Notes under the pieces: generated by a model | The model's input: only the letters and a program-made list of their open reading frames with translations | Database searches by the model: none | What the model was told of the DNA's origin: nothing | Made by a program: the position numbers and the translations under genes | In this document: positions 14,659-29,592 of the stretch, piece by piece | How positions within the stretch are numbered: position 1 is the stretch's first letter | How the letters are laid out: every line of letters starts with the position of its first letter | Origin: the human T2T-CHM13v2.0 reference genome, Homo sapiens | Direction: 5' to 3' (one strand) | DNA: 64,000 nucleotides | Assembly: GCF_009914755.1 (NCBI RefSeq) | Contig: NC_060936.1

Positions 14659-14876
14659 CAGGGGTGTCCAATCTTTTGGCTTCCCTAGGCCACACTGGAA
14701 GAATTGTCTTGGACCACACATAAAATACACTAACGCTAACAATAATGAGCTAAGAAAAAAAAAATCACAAAATAAATGTCATAATGTTTTAAGAAACTTT
14801 ATGAACTTGTGTTGGGCCATGTTCAAAGTCATCCTGGGCTGCATGCGGCCCACTGGCCACAGGTTGGACAGGCTTG
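14659..14876. mobile_element. MER30 (hAT)
   Basis: caggggtgtccaatcttttggcttcc...ggttggacaggcttg. 8-bp TSD-like flanks ctgtaaag/ctataaaa. Confidence 0.88.
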
Positions 14877-15002
14877 CTATAAAACATTCCTAAAAGACAA
14901 ATGTAAAGACAGCTCTTGTTCTTGGTTAGGATGTCTCAACACCATCAAAACGTTAGCAGTCCCTAATATACGAAGCTAATATACTCCTAATAAAAATATC
15001 AA

Positions 15003-15295
15003 TTTTTCTGAGATGAAGTTTCGCTCCTTTTGCCCAGGCTGTAGTGCAATGGAGCGATCCTGGCTCACTGAAACCTCCACATCCCAGGTTCAAGCGATTC
15101 TCTTGCCTCAGCCTCCCAAGTAGCTGGGATTACAGGCACGTGCCACGATGCCTGGCTAATTTTTGTATTTTTAGTAGAGACAGGGTTTCACCACTTTGGT
15201 GGCCAGGCTGGTCTCGAACTCCTGACCTCAGGTGATCCGCCCGCCTCAGCCTCCCAAAGTGCTGAGATTACAGGCGTGAGCCACTGTGCCCGGCC
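15003..15295 (-). mobile_element. AluS
   Basis: Full dimer; TSD taaaaata(t/c)caa. Confidence 0.93.
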
Positions 15296-15569
15296 TAAAA
15301 ATACCAACAAGTTTTTAACTTTTTAATGGAGTTGATACTTATAGAAAAATAAATATACAATAGCTAGGAAAACACTGAAAAAAACAGGCTATAAAGAGGG
15401 AGTAGCCCCATCAGATATTAAAACACAGCAAAGCACCTTTATAATTAAAATAGTGTGCTATTAGTGTACAAATGAACTGACCAATGGAACAAAACAGAAA
15501 ATTCAGAAATTACAAATGGAATTTATGATAATGTCAGTATCTGAAATCTTCTGGTTAAAGACAGCCTTT

Positions 15570-15733
15570 TAATTTATTTTATTTTTTAGAGACAAAGTCT
15601 TACTATGCTGCCCAGGCTGGTCTCAAACTGCTGGGCTGAGGGAGTTGCCTCAGCTGGTCTTGAATTCCTGAGCTTGCCCACCTTGGCCTCCCAAAGTGCT
15701 AGGATTACAGATATGAGCCACTGCGCCCAGCCA
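15570..15733 (-). mobile_element. Alu left monomer (FLAM/AluJ) with a small internal duplication
   Basis: The gctggtct(c/t)(a/g)aa segment occurs twice. Confidence 0.8.
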
Positions 15734-15973
15734 AAGATAGATTCTTAAGTAAATGGTGTAGAGACAAAAGGATAGCCATTTGGAAAAGAGTCAAATAGTA
15801 TCTATTCCTCACCCAATACAAAAGAGTAAATAAATTCCAAACACAGCAAAGGTCTGAATGTAATAAATGAAACAGCATATGGGTGAATTATCCTATAACC
15901 TGTTCTGTAACCCAAGTGTAGACTGGAAAAAGCTTGCTGATTACAACTTTAAAAAAAAAAAAGGGGGGTGTTA

Positions 15974-16567
15974 GGCTAGGTGTGGTGGGTTATCCTGGTA
16001 ATCCCAGCACTTTGGGAGGCCAAGGATTGCTTGAGCCCAGGAATTCAAGACTAGCCTGAGCAACATGGCAAAACCTCATCTCTATAAAAAATACAAAAAT
16101 TAGCCAAGCCTGGTGACATGCACCTGTAGTCCCAGATATTTGGGAGGCTGTGGGAGGATCAACTGAATCCAGAAGGTCAACGCTGCAGTAAGCTGTGATC
16201 ACACTACTGCACTCCAGCCTGGGTGACAAGAGCATAACCCTGCCTCAAAAAAAAAAAAAAAAAAAGATGAGGCTGGGCTTGATGACTCATGCCTGTAATC
16301 TCAGCCACTATGGAGGCTGACGGTGGCAGACTGCTTCAGCTCGGTAATTCAAGACCAGCCTGAGAAACACAGCAACATCCCCATCTCCATAAAAAATACA
16401 TATGTTAGCTGAGTGTGGTGGCACGTGCCTGTAGTACCAGCTACTTAGGAGGCTGAGGTGGGAGGATCGCTTGAGTCCAGGGGGCAGGGGTTACAATGAG
16501 TCAAGACTGTGCCACTGCACTCCAGCCTGGGTGACAGAGCAAGACCCAGCAGTGAAAAAAAAAAAAA
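15974..16567 (+). mobile_element. Two tandem AluJ elements
   Basis: Dimers at 15974-16265 and 16271-16567, each with a poly-A tail. Confidence 0.92.
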
Positions 16568-19336
16568 TTGATAAACTTATTACATGAAAAATATTATACA
16601 AACTGAATGGCATCAAATACCATAAATAAGTCAAATTGGTAGAAAAATATTCACAATGTATATCACAGGAAAAGTACTAATATTCCTAACATACAAAGAA
16701 CTTTTAACAATTAAAGGGAGGAGAGGGCAAGAAAGCCCAAACGCCCTCATGGTAATAATGATGGTTGTACAATTCTGCAAACATGCTAAAAGCTACTGAA
16801 TTATATATTTGAAATGGGTGAACTTTGTGGTATATAAATTATGTTTCATTAGTTATTTTTAAAAAACTATAGAAGAATAGGAGAAATATTTAAAAGAAAA
16901 TTCACCCCCAAAAAGATATAAAAATATTTCATAAATATATAAAAAGATTAAACTTCACTCGTAAGAGAAATGCAAATTAAAACTACACTAAGATACCATT
17001 TCTCACCCATCAGAATGACAAAATTTTAAAAGCTTGATACTATACTCTGTTGACGAGGATGTGGGGAACAGACTGTCTCACAAATCATTGGCAGGAATAC
17101 AAACAATCCCTATGGAGGAACACAGGTAATAATTTCAATCCAATAATCCCACTTCTAGGAATTTACCATGAAGATTCACCTTCCAACAATACAAATATAT
17201 ATATATGACACAGCTAACTGTACATTGCTGCATTATTTATAATTCAAGCTATTGGAAACTACCAAAATGTCCAAACATAGAGAATGGCTGAATAAACTCT
17301 GGTACATACATAAAGTACCATACAGTTTAAAAAAAAAAACTGAGGAAAATATCTCCAGAATATTTTAAATATAAAAAGCAAAGAATGAATGAAGATATAC
17401 ACTAAGCTACCTTTTGTGTAAGAAAATGGAAATTACAGAACATACATACATCTGCTCATCTTATTAAAAACACAGGAAGGATAAACCAGAAAACAATGAA
17501 ATTGGTACCCGATAGAGGTAGGGGGCAGTTAGGATAAACGGGCTAAGATAACAGGTTACATCTGAGTAAACCCTTATGTTATTCTGACTTTGTGAAGTAT
17601 ATTAATATCCCCCTATCAAAAAATGCAATTATATCAACAAAGATAGTGGAAAAAAGCTAAAACTGAAAGCATACGGAAACGAATGAATCCAATTGTATTT
17701 CAAATAAATAAAATAATCACACTGAAAGATCGGAAAAAAAGAACTAACCCAAGTAACTTCTGAATACAGTATTGAGTACACACCCTTGTCTGGGAGCAGG
17801 GGAGAGGAAGAGGAAGGACTGAAAACAAATCCTAAGCCATTTTTAGTAAGCTGGTTTGGGGGTGGAGACAATGGTATGAAAGGAACATTTCTGAAATTAT
17901 TTTAAATGACTGTAAGATTAAGCAAATGACAAAATGTGTTGATGACAGAAGTCAGGATTCTAACTGTGGAAGAAAGAAGATATAATATAGAGTAGAAGAA
18001 AGGAAGAGCCTTGGAAGAATGGCATGGAATTAGAGAATCAGGTGTGAACACATTAACATCATGTGTGCACGCTTATACTTCCTAGCTCTGCCACTGAAAA
18101 AGCTCAAAAGCAATGAGACCCTGGTAGCAATAAACATGCCTAATATCCAGAGCCTACTAAAGGGAACCAGAGCTCCTTTGACAGATGACTAATTTCAACA
18201 GTAGGGCAGGGAAAGTATAAAATAAACCTGGAATATTTTGTTGGAACAGAAAATAAAAGAGGTACTCAAAAAAAGTGATGAGGACATGTCAAAGGGACAC
18301 AAGAAGTAGCCAATGGGGCTCCCAATGGCCATACCTGGAACAACTTTAGCATTAACATAATTAGAAGGAAAAATGAATTATAAATCATTGGAGGAACATA
18401 AGTATCAAAGGGTTCATACTGATTATATAAACATCAATATATGTGCAAAAGGGAGCGATCTTCCTTATAGACGCATGCCAAGTGTCAAATGATGTATGTG
18501 GAAGGAGTGCTATTGTTGAACAATCATCAATTTGCAAATAACATGGTGAAGATTGTTTTGGGCAAGAACCAACGATAGATGCTAAATCTTGTAGGAAAAT
18601 TTTAATGAGAAGCAGAATGTTTACATGATTTTAAAAGGTTCTTCCCATAGGCTGCTTATAAGAGGAAAAATAACTACACTGTGGAGAAAATAAATGACAT
18701 TTTGACTGACTGATCAAAATCAACATCACCAGTGAGGGGCAGACAAAAGGGACTATGACTATGAGGGCCTGAGAAGCACACATCACCACCTATACAGAAT
18801 TCTGAGCAGGCATGTATATCCTGAACCTAATCGTAAGGAAACATTAGACAGGCCAAAATGAAGAACATTCTAATAAAAAAAGGGGTGAAGAGGCTCTATT
18901 GTCCAAATATGCCAATGTCATATAAGACAAAGACTGAGAAACTGTTCTAGATCAAAAGAGAGTAAAGCCATATGGATGGCAGATTAATGTATTCCATCAG
19001 TATTAAATTTTCTAGCTTGACATATGTACTGTGGTTAATAAAAGAGCGTCCTTATTCTTAGTTTAAAAAAAAAAACTGAAGTTTTTAGGGGTAAAAGAAC
19101 TTAATGTATGCAACTTACAATCAAATTTAAGTTGAGTTTTCTGAAAAAACAACTACATTGTTTTCAGGAAAAAAAAATGTAGAGAGAAAACCAACGACAA
19201 AGCAAATAAGGCAAAATGTTAATAACAGATGAGGCTGAGTGTGTGTAAAAATTCTTTGTACTATTTTTGTAAACTAACCATTAGCTTGAAAGTATTTTCA
19301 AACAAAAAGTTAAAAAAAAGGAAAGGCAAATCTTAC

Positions 19337-19509
19337 ATTTCTCAGTGCTTCATAAACAGCTCTAAATGCTGGTTGCTTATCGTCATGGTAAACACCTCTG
19401 TTCCCATGAAGAATAAAGATTCCTCCTTCTTCTGCTTCTTGGCAATTGCTTCCATATATACAATGATCTGGTCGATAATTCCATTGACACGGAAAAACAA
19501 AAAGGCTTT
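19337..19509 (-). CDS. GXYLT1: GXYLT1 exon 7 (173 bp): (E)[57 protein letters not shown]
   Basis: Acceptor ATGTAG|AAA, donor AAT|GTAAGA. Contains the WNYR and ILHGNR motifs. Confidence 0.97.
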
Positions 19510-19804
19510 CTACATAAAGAAAAGACCAAACAATGAAGCAAATACCCCTAATTCCACAGATGTAACATTATGCAAAACTTTCAGTTAAAAAATACAGCTC
19601 TTACAAGTAAGAATTAATGAAAAATGTCTGGCATTTAGATCTCTTCCAATTAAAGCAAAATTCAAGAAAAGTTTTACTCCGTCTTAAACATAAATAGCAA
19701 TAATCATTAATATAAGACAGAATCAGATAAGTGCATGTTTTCCTTTTTCACTAAGTATTATCTGTGATTTTTTTAATGCAAATAAAAGGAATTTAAATAA
19801 TTAC

Positions 19805-19928
19805 CTGGATTATGAAAAAACACGATATTCAATAGATCTTGATCACCCCATGTGATGTTTAGTTTGTATTTTTTAAGCAATGGCATAAGTATATCTCCCC
19901 ATTGTAGTCGTACAGTTGTCATATCATT
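19805..19928 (-). CDS. GXYLT1: GXYLT1 exon 6 (124 bp): NDMTTVRLQWGDILMPLLKKYKLNITWGDQDLLNIVFFHNP
   Basis: GT8 GDQDLLN motif. Acceptor CAACAG|AAT, donor CAG|GTAATT. Confidence 0.97.
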
Positions 19929-21465
19929 CTGTTGATAAAAACATTCAAAAGAGCTTCAGACTTTCAGGCTTAAAATGGCAGCATGATGACAGTTCCTCAT
20001 TCTTCCCACAGCAACCATTACAAATCCACAAAGAGAAATGCAAACTCCTCACAATATCAAGTGACATTTCTAACCCTAAATGTGAGAAGGGCTGTACAGT
20101 AAAACAGAAGATAACAAAAGGAAGTTGTATGTGGCAGTGACAAAACTAGTAAGTCACGAAAGAAAGCGAAAGTAACTGTGTCCTTATCTTAAAATGAAGA
20201 TAGTTTTGGTACCTACGTCTGGGCCTACGTCAGAGTTGTTGATGATTAAAATTGTTAATATATAAATTTAAAGTGCTTGGAATAGCACCTGACACGTGGT
20301 AAATATTCAGTGTTAGCTATTATTATTTTTTACCATGATGGCTATTAGTCTGATTTATTTGCTTAACTTCTATAATTGGCAGTTCAAATAGATCATTTTG
20401 AAATTGATAAATCAAATTAAAAAATGCATACACAACTTAAGTTAAACACTAAAAAACAATATGATTGACAAAAATCAAGGCTGCAGAGGGAGTGGGGAAG
20501 ATCAACAAAGAAGGAGAAATGTATGAGTTTTGTGTCTACTTGTAGTAAAAAATTCTCACAGAGAACTGGCCTTTTTATGATGGATTTTCCTATCCAAAAA
20601 CATAGTGTATCTTTCTACTTATTTAAGTGTTCATTTATCTTATTAAATTTAAAACATATATATATATATATATATATAATACATGTGTGTGTATATATAC
20701 ATGTATATATCCTGCCAATTTCTTTCAAGTTTGTTCCTATGTATGCTATTTCTTTTGAGGGTCTTCCATTTTATATTCTAAAAGGTTGCTATTTGTACAT
20801 TAGAAAACGCAAGCAAAGAATTCTGTAAAGAGGCACCATGAATGACATATAAAGTCAAAGAAGATTTGCTGAGGAAAATAACTGGGTCCAGTCTAGCAGA
20901 TGTATGCAGTCCCATAAACTCTCACCATCCCAGAGAGAGGCAAGTTAGGACTGGCAGCTTTGGCAATATTAAGACTGCACTCCAAGAAAGAGACCCTAGT
21001 CTCCTGATGCCTCTCATGCTACTGAAGAGCTGACAGATTCACCCAACCCATTTTAACAACTGTAAGCTTTGCTATCAGAATTACAACCCTGCTAACAAAA
21101 GTATTTTCCTATTCTTGGATATCAACTAATTGGCATATCAACACTGTTTTCAGGAGGAGACCATACTACGCTACTTGAGAAAGAACCCCTGGAGTCAGCC
21201 AGCACAGTAAATGGTTTGACTCTCCTTTTAAAAGCAGCAATTTCTGTATTTTAGTTTTCAACTCAGCCAAATTAACTATATATCCTTAATGTTTATAGTA
21301 GTTTTAATAGGTTGAGGTTTTCCAGGGATATAAATATGTCACGCAAATAATAATTCTACATCCTATCTAATTTTTATACCTATTTCTTTCATTTGTCTAA
21401 TATGGGGGCTTGTTATTCCTCCATGCTGAGAACCACTATTTAAATATTACTTAATAGTTATGATG

Positions 21466-21756
21466 TCAGGCACAGCGACTCACGCCTGTAATCCCGGCAC
21501 TTTGGGAGGCCGAGGCAGGCTGATCAGTTGAGTTCAGGAGCTCGAGACAAGCCTGGGCAACATGGTGAAACCCTGTACCAAAAGTACAAAAAACTAGTCA
21601 CGCATGGTGGTACACGCCTGTGGTCCCAGCTACTTGGAAGGCTGAGGTGGGAGGATCACTTGAGCCTGGGAGGTGGAGGTTTGCAGTGAGCCAAGATTGT
21701 GCCACTGCACTCCGGCATGGGTAACAGAATGAGACCCTGTCTCAAATAAAAAAAAG
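21466..21756 (+). mobile_element. AluJb/S
   Basis: Full dimer; TSD agttatg. Confidence 0.92.
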
Positions 21757-23441
21757 TTATGGTAATATTAATAGATATCCTTATCTTCATTTTAACTGGA
21801 AAGCTCCTACTGTTTAGCCATTAAGCACAATGCTGCCTTTTGAAATGAGATAAAAATATAATACTAATAATCTATCAATTTATATTTTATGCTTTTTTAA
21901 AATAAAAAAGATACTGAATTTAGTGCTTTTTCAGATACTGAATGTAATGCTTTTTTCTTAATGCTCAAAACTTGTTATTTGAAAACCCAAAGTTAAATAC
22001 TTAAGGGAGCAAGAAACTGAGTCCAATGAGAACTTGGTGTTGGAAGGGGTAGAAGTGAATACCGGGCCTTTTAGATCTATGTGACTCGGGGACTATCCAG
22101 AGTAAAAACCAGTATTCTTCATAGTGCAGTTCACAGCAGTTCACATAGTGTGCTACTATGTAAATTTTTTCTATGTCCTCAATAAGATTAAGTAATTAAG
22201 TATAGAAATTAAGAGTAAGATTTAGAAACTTTTACAGCAAGTTAACAGTTTTATGTGTACTTAATATATTTCTCTAGTAATCTCTCTTTTACAAAAGTAT
22301 TGGCTCATAACATACTGAAAATTTTTTAAAAATTAATCTTTTGCCATAGTTTGAGAAACATTGTTATAAGTCATTTTATAATTTATATTAAATTCAGTGA
22401 CGATATAAACAATCTATCCTTTAAAAAAGAGAAGGCCAGAATTCATGAAAAAAAAAAAATCCACATACTTAAATTGATGTGCTACAACTGCATTATTATC
22501 CTTGTGTGAAATTTCTTAGAACACAGTAAATAGTAATTATAATCAGAATTTTTTTTAATCTGGAAAATGACTAAAACAAGTTTTACTTAAGGAAACAATT
22601 TGAAAAGATAACTCTTAGAAATAAGTCATTGAGTATGTTAAGGAAATATTCTTAGGATCTGAAAAGAAAAATATCAATTACACAAGGACAAAAACCAGGA
22701 ACACTTTCAACAGACAGAACTGGTGGAGCCCTTGTACAACACCATGTTAAAGTCTTCATGTGATTCTATCTATTCAAATATACACAGAAATACAGATACA
22801 TATTTAAATTATAAAAACCAATATAAATCAAATATATATATTTGAATATATATCTTACAAGAAATGTACCTATTCAAAGAGCATCAATGAAATACAAAAT
22901 TAAGAGTTCACTGCAGTCTTAGGAAAAAAATAAAAAGGGAAAAAAACCTTAAAGAAAAAAGTCCCATTAGAAAACTATTTGGAAAAGAAGCGATAACGCT
23001 AGTATTATTTGCTAATGATATAACCTAGATTATCCAAGACAACCAATGAAAAGCTATGAGAAATGAGTTTAATAAAGAGGTATTACATATAAAAGGAGTT
23101 CAAGTCAATAAGAAAGAGAAAACCAAGAAGTGGGCAAAGGATATGGGCAAGCAGCCATTCACAAAAGAAGAAACAGAAATGGCTACAAATTATAAGAAAA
23201 GATTTTTAACCACACCGGTAGTATAGTCAAGAAAATATGAATTTTAAAATATATTTTCAGCCATACAACTACATATCCATACTAGGTACACACAAAAAGA
23301 GAAAATAAAATCATCCATTCTCCACATCATACACACATTAAAAATGTGATTATGTGTAATGACATAGAAGTCAGTCAACTATATATTTACTAAATGAAAA
23401 AAGCTGAAGATGTATAAAAGAATCCTATATCTAAATGCTAA

Positions 23442-23834
<393 letters not shown>

Positions 23835-24844
23835 TGAAAGTGTGAAGAGATATGTCAAGGGGAGACCTGTCTTTTCATTCTACATAAAATTACTTTTTTG
23901 AATCTTTATAAGCACAATTTAGTTTCATAACATTTAAAACAGAAAACTGTAGTTCTAATTTTACAAAATTTAGCAAACCTATGACCAAATACATGTATGT
24001 TACATCAAGATCAATTAGTTTCATTTTTTGAATTAAGCATGCTTTGAAAATGAATGGACTGTCATTATCAGCCTGTCCTATACATACATATAAAATTAAA
24101 GCGCATTCACATTATGCTCCAACAAAAAAGTGGGAACTCATCAATTCCCAAAGATTAGTTACTTCACTTTAAAAAGTTCTACCCCTTTGGCAAGATGTTC
24201 GTTGTTGTTATTCTGCTCTCATAAGCTATGTACTAACACAAGAAAACTCTTTATCACATACATCTTACAAATATGTAAAAGCATTGTATCTACTTCATAC
24301 AAAGTGTTCCCTTTTCCAGTATTTTTCAATTCATTAATGGCCTAGTTTCTAAAACCTTCATCTGACTCTCCTTTGCTAGCAATTATCTATCAAGTTGCTA
24401 CTTTATGTCAGACACTGTGCTAAATATTCTTAATATAAAGCTGTATAAAAGACACATCCTGCCCTCAGTAGGTGGAGCAAACAGACAAAAAAATACTCTA
24501 CAAAATAATATATAGAAAGCTGAAAAGGGCAGAGTAAACAAAGAAAAAATTCCCACCATGTCTAATTTATACTCTTTGGTTTTTCTCTAATAAACAGGAA
24601 AAGGCTAAGAAATACAGTAATACATTTTTTAGAAGGAGAGAAAATAAATACCCTAATAGGGATTCAACACGGCAAATACGATACTGCAAAATAGAACGTA
24701 ATCATTTAACCAATGTTATTCATTATCTAGCAAATATACAATTATGAGATTAAAAATTATGATTTTTAAAAAATTGTATTTAATATTTAATTTAATTTAA
24801 TAATTATTTCATTAAATTAAATTATTTGAATTTAAATTTTTTAA

Positions 24845-25152
<308 letters not shown>

Positions 25153-25859
25153 TATTTTAACTTTTTAATATACATAACTATAATACACCAGGTTCGAAAT
25201 GAACAGCCACAAGTAGTAAGAACCAGGTGACAGCAAGGCAAATAAATAAACTATGACCTTTGTCCTAAATTTTTATTGTGGCTGTACATGGGTTAAGAAC
25301 CATGAAGCAACAATCGTGGATCTGTATAAAACAGTTTGGAAAGTGATTATAAGTAACTCAGTTATATTGCTAAATTTCTAAAATTTAAGATCTGTGCTAG
25401 AAACTGTAAAACTGGTAGGAAAAACCAAGACAATGTTTTGCTATAGATATAAAGATCAAGAAAAATAAAAATATATGAGAAAAGGAATTAACAATCAATA
25501 AATTTTGCAGGACCATCTCGACAATCCTAAGTATAATAAAATATTTGAAAACAAAGCAAATCTGAGTATGTTCCCAAGGAGCAAGAACAGGGTTGTTTGT
25601 AACACAGGAATAGTAGGTGTGAAGTAAATTATACCTGCCAAATTAACATACAACCAATCATCTTGTGTTTTTTTTCACAGTCATTAATGTGCAGAAGAAA
25701 AAAAGGTTTGAAAGTTTAGAAATTATTCCAACTCCCATAACTACACCTCTAGGTAGCTTAGAACATGTCACAGAAAAAAAAAGAAAAAGGGAAAGGGAGA
25801 AACTATTATTTATGAATGATATTTAAATAAGTAATAGGTAAGTTAAAAACAGTAAATCT

Positions 25860-25995
25860 GGCCAAGCGCAGTGGCTCACGCCTATAAACCCAGCACTTTG
25901 GGGGTTTGAGGTGGGAGGATCACATGAGGCCAGGAGTTCAAGACCAGCCTGGGCAACTCTTTTTCTGTAGAGACTGTTCTCTACAAAAAAGTAAA
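25860..25995 (+). mobile_element. FLAM (Alu monomer)
   Basis: Left arm only, ending in an A-rich tail. Confidence 0.85.
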
Positions 25996-27710
25996 ATAAG
26001 AACAAAATAATTTTAAAAACAATGGATTTGAACTATATAGCTATTTTTAAGTTGTAATCAAATGGTGTTATATTATCTCTATAGTTCTTTGCAACACTAA
26101 ACTTCTATTAATTTCATAAATTTCAAATGCAGTTATTGAGAAGTCACATTTTTTTTTTTTGCAGATAATCTTACAGCACCATCTTCTGGTATAAGATCAC
26201 TGTGCACAGTCTAACAATCAGAAAATAACAATCATGTTACTATCTTAGTTTTACTATATTTAGTAAAACTTTACAGTACATGAAATTTAAAAATTCAAGA
26301 CAGAATAACAAACTTGGTAACCAAAGAGAGATGTTCTCTGTTAAACAAGAGCAGAGGTTACCTAACACTGGGCTTATTAATGCAATCAGTTGTGGGAGAC
26401 AAAACTAAATTTAAATCAGAATTTTAAAAAGATTCAGAAAAGGGAAAGCTAAAAAAAAAAAAAACTAAGTTTAAGATCAACAGAATAGACAAGTGACAGG
26501 TAATAGCTGTCAGACTTCTAAGACTGAAGTGTTGGCACATGGTAATGGCTACAGCAGTACTGCTGCCTATACCAAAGGTAAGAGGAAACAGTTCCAAATG
26601 AGGAAAAGACTTAAATCAGACATGTAGAAAGAATAAACTCCATTCCACCAGATACCATGTGAAAAACGCATGACAAAAATACATACATATAAATGTACAC
26701 ATATATCACAAAAGACATGATATCCCTTAATGTTTAATTTAGTCCTAATGAGATATAAAGGAATAAACAGTAACTCTATACTCCTAGAGGGTATAGTGTT
26801 TGCTCAGAAGTCACTGTTTTTAGCTAACATTTTACTGCTTACTTCCTGTCACGCTCTATTAAGAATTTTCAACAGATCTCTTTTAAATTAACTTAGTTAA
26901 GTCTGTTTATTATCTTATTCAGCTGAGAGAATTCATACTTAAAAGTTAACTAAGTGGCTAGTAGTTAAGTACTGCACAGGAGGCAAAGCTACACAGAAAG
27001 CCAGTCTGATTCCAGAGCAAGCAAACTACAGTGACTTGCAACTTAGATATACAACTAATCTACATGAAACTGGTAAATATTAGTACATACTGATGAAGTC
27101 TAAATGCACATTCAGAGAATTTAAATAGTCTGACTTTTCTACTGACCACACAATTTGAAAGACTGGAAACACGCAGGAATTTTTTAAGTTAACTTCCAAT
27201 AACACCATAATAGCTAACATTTACTATGTGTCAGCCACTGTTCTAACTCATTTACTCCTCACAAAAGTCCCAAGACATTGGTAGTGCTATCATTTCCATT
27301 TTACGGGTGAGAACAAACAGGTTGCAGAGTCTATGCTCTTAACTGCAACTCCATGTTGTCCCTAAGGTATATCATAATTTAGATTCTATGTATTCTATGA
27401 ATGTACAACTACAAAATAACATCTGCTTCCTGGAATGGCAATCTAGGGAGAAGATGTTCACTACTTAGGGCATTGTTATTTTACTCCATTGTCATGTCAT
27501 CTGGTTTGACCTATTGTAATGCTCTGTTAAACAGAATAATATGAACACACTTCTAGATAAATCTAGATATTTATATTCTTCTAATGAGATTATTCTAAAT
27601 AGAAAAATTATTTATAGTTCAATTTAGTTTTTAATAAAATTTAGTTTTATTAAAAACAATTTAGAAGGTTTTTAGAGAAATGTTAACAACTACCTGTATT
27701 AGTGACTTAC

Positions 27711-27962
27711 CTTGAAATACTTCCTTCTCATTCGAGTCATGTTCATCAACATAACTCCAGAGTTTACTCCAGTTTTTCCATAATATGGATGCCTAGCAAA
27801 GCGATTATACCATCCTATTCGAGGTTCCTCATGTTCTGGTGCCATTGCAGCAATTTGTGTGGAATTAAATTTCTTTAGTAAAGACCAAATATCATCAACT
27901 GGTCGTAAAAAAAGGATATCAGTGTCGACATACAATAGTGAGTCAACTTCTTTCAGGATTAA
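27711..27962 (-). CDS. GXYLT1: GXYLT1 exon 5 (252 bp) with the GT8 DxD motif (YVDTD) and NSGVMLMN
   Basis: ORF 27699..27935(-). Acceptor CTTGTAG|TTA, donor AAG|GTAAGT. Confidence 0.98.
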
Positions 27963-28629
27963 CTACAAGGAGAGATATTTGAATGATTAACTATAATTCT
28001 ATTTTAAAAAGAAACATAAAAGCACCTCTAATTGTGTAAGATACACCTAAGAGATTAGCTAATTTATATTATTTTATTTTAAGGTAATCTTTCCTAAATC
28101 TGTCATTTTTAACAATAGCATATATATAAAGATACTATGCTAACCTTCATATTAACTTTCAGAGAAGATATGAAAACAAACCAAAACAAAATACTCAATT
28201 ATAAAAATTGAGAGAATAATATGAAATCTTCAAAGATCAGGGAGGAAATGTTTTTCATAATGGATAATAACATTAACTTAGGTAAATTTATATCTTGAAT
28301 CCTAATTTCCTGAGATAAATACAGAAATAAACCAATACAAATAAAGATTTTCTGAACTTATTCCCCTTGGCCTGTAACACTGGCATCTTTACATCATTTC
28401 GGTTTCAACTAGTAAGTGGTAGAGCCAAACTGGAACCCAGGCAATCCAGATTCAGAGTCCATACTCTTATTTCTAGGTTGTGTCCCAACGAATCAAAGCA
28501 AATGTGCACCTAGCAAGGGTAAAGGCTTGACTTTAGGGTAAAGCCAGAAAGACTGGCTATGTTGCACTTTCTAAGAGATAAATCTTCAACATGTGCCTTC
28601 CCTGGGGAATTTTAAGGATAATTATTATT

Positions 28630-28937
28630 ATTTTTCTTTTTTTTTTTTTTTTTTTTGAGACAGAGTCTCACTCTGTCACCCAGGCTGGAGTGCAGTAGTG
28701 TGATCTCAACTCACTGCAACCTCTACCTCCTGGGTTCTAGGCATTCTCCTGCCTCAGCCTCCTGAGTAACTGGGATTACAGGCATGCATCACCACACCCG
28801 GCTAATTTTTCATATTTTTAGTAGAGATGGGGTTTCACCATCTTGGCCAAGCTGGTCTTAAACTCCTGACCTCAAATGATTCACCCATCTCGGCCTCCCC
28901 AAGTGCTGGGATTACAGGCACGAGCCACTGTGCCCAA
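28630..28937 (-). mobile_element. AluS
   Basis: Full dimer; TSD aaggataatt. Confidence 0.93.
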
Positions 28938-29301
28938 TCAAGGATAATTTTTCATTTCTGCCTTACCCATGAACTTTAGGTTCTGACTCCTACAAATTTA
29001 AATTTACCGCCTATCCTGGTTTATTAGTAAGATTCAATAAATAGGTGAATCTAAACCTTTTTAGTTAAGACATAATAGGAGCTTGATCCTAGTTCTGCTA
29101 CTTTTCAAAGCTGCTACTTCTTCCTGCAACTAAAGCCATCACCTTAATGAGCAGCTACTAGGCTGAAATCACCTCATTCCTCCCTTATCTCACTATCAGC
29201 TGATTTAATATCAGGATGGGCAAAAAAATCTGATGGCTGACTGCAGGGCCTGAGTAGGGAAGGTTCACTTGGTCAAAGACCTCAACTAAAAGGGAATCTG
29301 T

Positions 29302-29592
29302 GGCCAGGCATGGTGGCTCACGCCTGTAATCCTAGCACTTTGGGAGGCTGAGGCGGGCAGATCACCTGAGGTCAGGGCTTCGAGACCAGCCTGACCAATA
29401 CGGCAAAACGCTGTCTCTACTAAAAATACAAAAATTAGCCAGGTGTGGTGGCGCATGCCTGTAATCCAAGCTACTCGGGAGGCTGGGGCAGGAGAACCGC
29501 TTTAGCCTGAGAGGCAGAGGTTGCAGTGAGCCAAGACTGCGCCAGTACACTCCAGACTAGGCAATAGAGCAAGACTCTGTCTCAAAAAAAAA
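29302..29592 (+). mobile_element. AluSx
   Basis: Full dimer with gatcacctgaggtcagg. Confidence 0.93.

Larger units (their letters stand above)
14890..19320 (+). mobile_element. Old L1M (L1MC/L1ME-type) 3' region fragmented by Alus
   Basis: Degenerate ORF2 end and 3'UTR motifs: gaaatgcaaattaaaactaca...ataccatttctcaccc...cccacttctaggaattta. Confidence 0.6.

Noticed and set aside
19229-19588. 119-aa plus-strand ORF, and similarly 40951..41166 and 51545..51766
   Set aside because: Antisense shadows of GXYLT1 exons with no independent coding signal.
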